From a virus (lineage: Duplodnaviria > Heunggongvirae > Uroviricota > Caudoviricetes): DNA of 15,261 bases. Under the pieces are notes generated by a model, which did no database searches, was not told the DNA's origin, and saw only the letters and a list, made by a program, of their open reading frames with translations. Both the position numbers and the translations under genes were made by a program. Shown here in pieces: positions 14,045 through 15,261 of the stretch. The stretch is taken from positions 1 to 15,261 of IMG/VR virus record IMGVR_UViG_2545824644_000012. One strand, 5' to 3'. Position 1 is the stretch's first letter. The number at the start of each line of letters is the position of its first letter.

Positions 14045-14862
14045 AACTGGAAGATTTACCGAAATACTACTCCCCAAAATCCCCCGGCCTGACTGATGCA
14101 TCGGCCTCAACGTCAAAAGATGCGCTGAGTATCACTGATGTGATGGCCGCGCAGGGCATGACACAGAATCGGGCTGAGATGGGGTTTTCTGCGTTCCTTG
14201 GGAAAATGGGCATTAGTATGAATGACAGAGAGCGGGCAACAGAATTGCTGACAGAATATGCACTCAGTCGGTGTGATCGCGTGGCGGCGTTAAGAAAACT
14301 CCCGGCAGAAATAAAACCGGCAGTGATGCGAATTATGGCTTCGTATGCGTTTGAAGATTATGCCCGTAGCGCGGCGAGCAAAAAACAGTGCCCCTGCTGT
14401 CACGGAAAAAAATTTATTGAAAGCGAGGTTTTTACAAACAAGATCCAGTATCCGGATGGTAAGCCGCCAGTGTGGGCAAAGTGCACAAAAGGCGTGTATC
14501 CGTCTTACTGGGAGGAATGGAAAAAAGTCAGGGAGGTGGTAAAAGTTGCCTGTCCGGAGTGTGGCGGAAAGGGGGAGGTTTCCACCGCCTGTAAAGATTG
14601 TCGTGGGCGCGGTGTTGCCATTCATCGTGAAGAGTCGGAAAAACAGGGTGTGCCGGTTTTCAGAAACTGCCAGCGTTGTGGTGGGCGTGGCTATGAAAGA
14701 TTACCTTCAACGGAGGCATTTAATGCCATATGTAATGTAACCGATGCCATATCTCTTGATACATGGAAAAAAACAGTTAAACGTTTTTACGATACGCTGG
14801 TGGTGCAGTTTGATATTGAAGAAGCATGGGCAGAACAACAACTGAAAAAGGTGACCAGATAG
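14041..14862 (+). CDS. Putative Q-type late antiterminator (QuuQ-like) with DnaJ-type CxxCxGxG zinc-finger repeats
   Basis: 273-aa ORF; ATG overlaps the rusA stop (ATGA). Cys motifs CPCCHGKK, CPECGGKG, CKDCRGRG, CQRCGGRG. Position between rusA and a downstream promoter-like region matches lambdoid Q. Confidence 0.55.
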   Translation: MKLEDLPKYYSPKSPGLTDASASTSKDALSITDVMAAQGMTQNRAEMGFSAFLGKMGISMNDRERATELLTEYALSRCDRVAALRKLPAEIKPAVMRIMASYAFEDYARSAASKKQCPCCHGKKFIESEVFTNKIQYPDGKPPVWAKCTKGVYPSYWEEWKKVREVVKVACPECGGKGEVSTACKDCRGRGVAIHREESEKQGVPVFRNCQRCGGRGYERLPSTEAFNAICNVTDAISLDTWKKTVKRFYDTLVVQFDIEEAWAEQQLKKVTR

Positions 14863-14867
14863 CTTTG

Positions 14868-14895
14868 TTGATTTTTCCCGAATCTGTGGTAAATT
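14868..14895 (+). promoter_or_regulatory. Candidate late (pR'-like) promoter downstream of the Q-like gene
   Basis: -35 TTGATT (14868-14873), 16-bp spacer, -10 TAAATT (14890-14895), immediately after the Q-like stop. Confidence 0.35.
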
Positions 14896-15087
14896 TGCCC
14901 TAACGATGGGCGTTTTATGCCTGACGTTAGAAGATTTTTACACCCGTCGCCAGGCGGTTTTTTTTATGACTGAAATCACGCCAGTACAGTAAACGCGCTG
15001 GTGGCGGTGAATACCGGTCTTTCAGCTTGCTGGCTTTTTTGACAAGAGTTATTGGTGTGTCACGTTAACCGGAAAAGGGAAAAAGAC

Positions 15088-15261
15088 ATGCTGAAACAGC
15101 AGGATATGACCGAAACTGCCAGAGTGGTGTTTAATGAATTAAGCGTCACCGAACCGGCGACAGTCGGGGAGATTGCGCAGAATACTTACCTTTCACGCGA
15201 ACGCTGCCAGTTAATACTGACCCAGCTTGTTATGGCGGGTCTGGCAGACTATCAGTGCGGT
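15088..15261 (+). CDS. Partial ORF (N-terminal 58 aa), continues beyond the window
   Basis: ATG at 15088 with a weak ribosome-binding site; open to the window end (MLKQQDMTETARVVFNELSVTEPATVGEIAQNTYLSRERCQLILTQLVMAGLADYQCG); possible winged-helix. Confidence 0.35.
   Translation, partial: MLKQQDMTETARVVFNELSVTEPATVGEIAQNTYLSRERCQLILTQLVMAGLADYQCG

Noticed and set aside
13664-14116. Track start GTG 13664 for the rusA-region ORF, and minus-strand ORFs 13176-13514, 13675-13959 and 13811-14116
   Set aside because: The 13664 frame lacks the RusA N-terminus, which is in the frame starting at ATG 13671 with a ribosome-binding site. The minus-strand ORFs are antisense shadows.
14290-14740. ORFs 14290-14625 (minus), 14345-14542 and 14546-14740 (plus) inside the Q-like gene
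   Set aside because: Alternative-frame or antisense overlaps of the 273-aa ORF carrying the zinc-finger repeats.
14930-14968. T8 run (14954-14961) after a GC-rich segment as a possible tR'-like intrinsic terminator
   Set aside because: I could not find a stable stem immediately 5' of the T-run (only a 4-bp stem with a 1-nt loop), so a terminator call is unsupported.
1-15261. CRISPR arrays, tRNA/rRNA genes, IS elements
   Set aside because: No regularly spaced direct repeats with spacers, no tRNA-like cloverleaf candidates and no transposase ORFs were seen; the only mobile-element signature is the prophage itself.

Overview
This window reads as the early, regulatory and recombination half of a lambdoid (Qin/Rac-like) enterobacterial prophage, running from the integrase at the left edge to the Q-like antiterminator and late promoter at the right. 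Leftward (minus strand): a DicA/PaaR-like repressor co-transcribed with a PaaA2-ParE2-like toxin-antitoxin pair, then a second promoter carrying the same operator motif, a DUF1391-like small gene, a DicF-like sRNA, dicB, ydfD, a large RecE-like exonuclease, xis and int. Rightward (plus strand): Cro/YdaS-like and YdaT-like regulators, a replication initiator with internal iterons, a DnaC-like loader, a coupled block of small unknown genes, a DUF551 gene, a hok-type type I toxin locus, a YgiW/BOF-family moron, DUF968, a frameshifted rusA, and the Q-like gene. No tRNA, rRNA or CRISPR array was seen. All calls rest on reading the six-frame translations and the DNA by eye, with family assignments from recalled motifs; no database search was run. 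I found no clear novel defence system; the best candidates for unexplored function are the four coupled unknown genes at 8841-10399 (including a strongly acidic 103-aa protein) and the repressor-linked toxin-antitoxin module.
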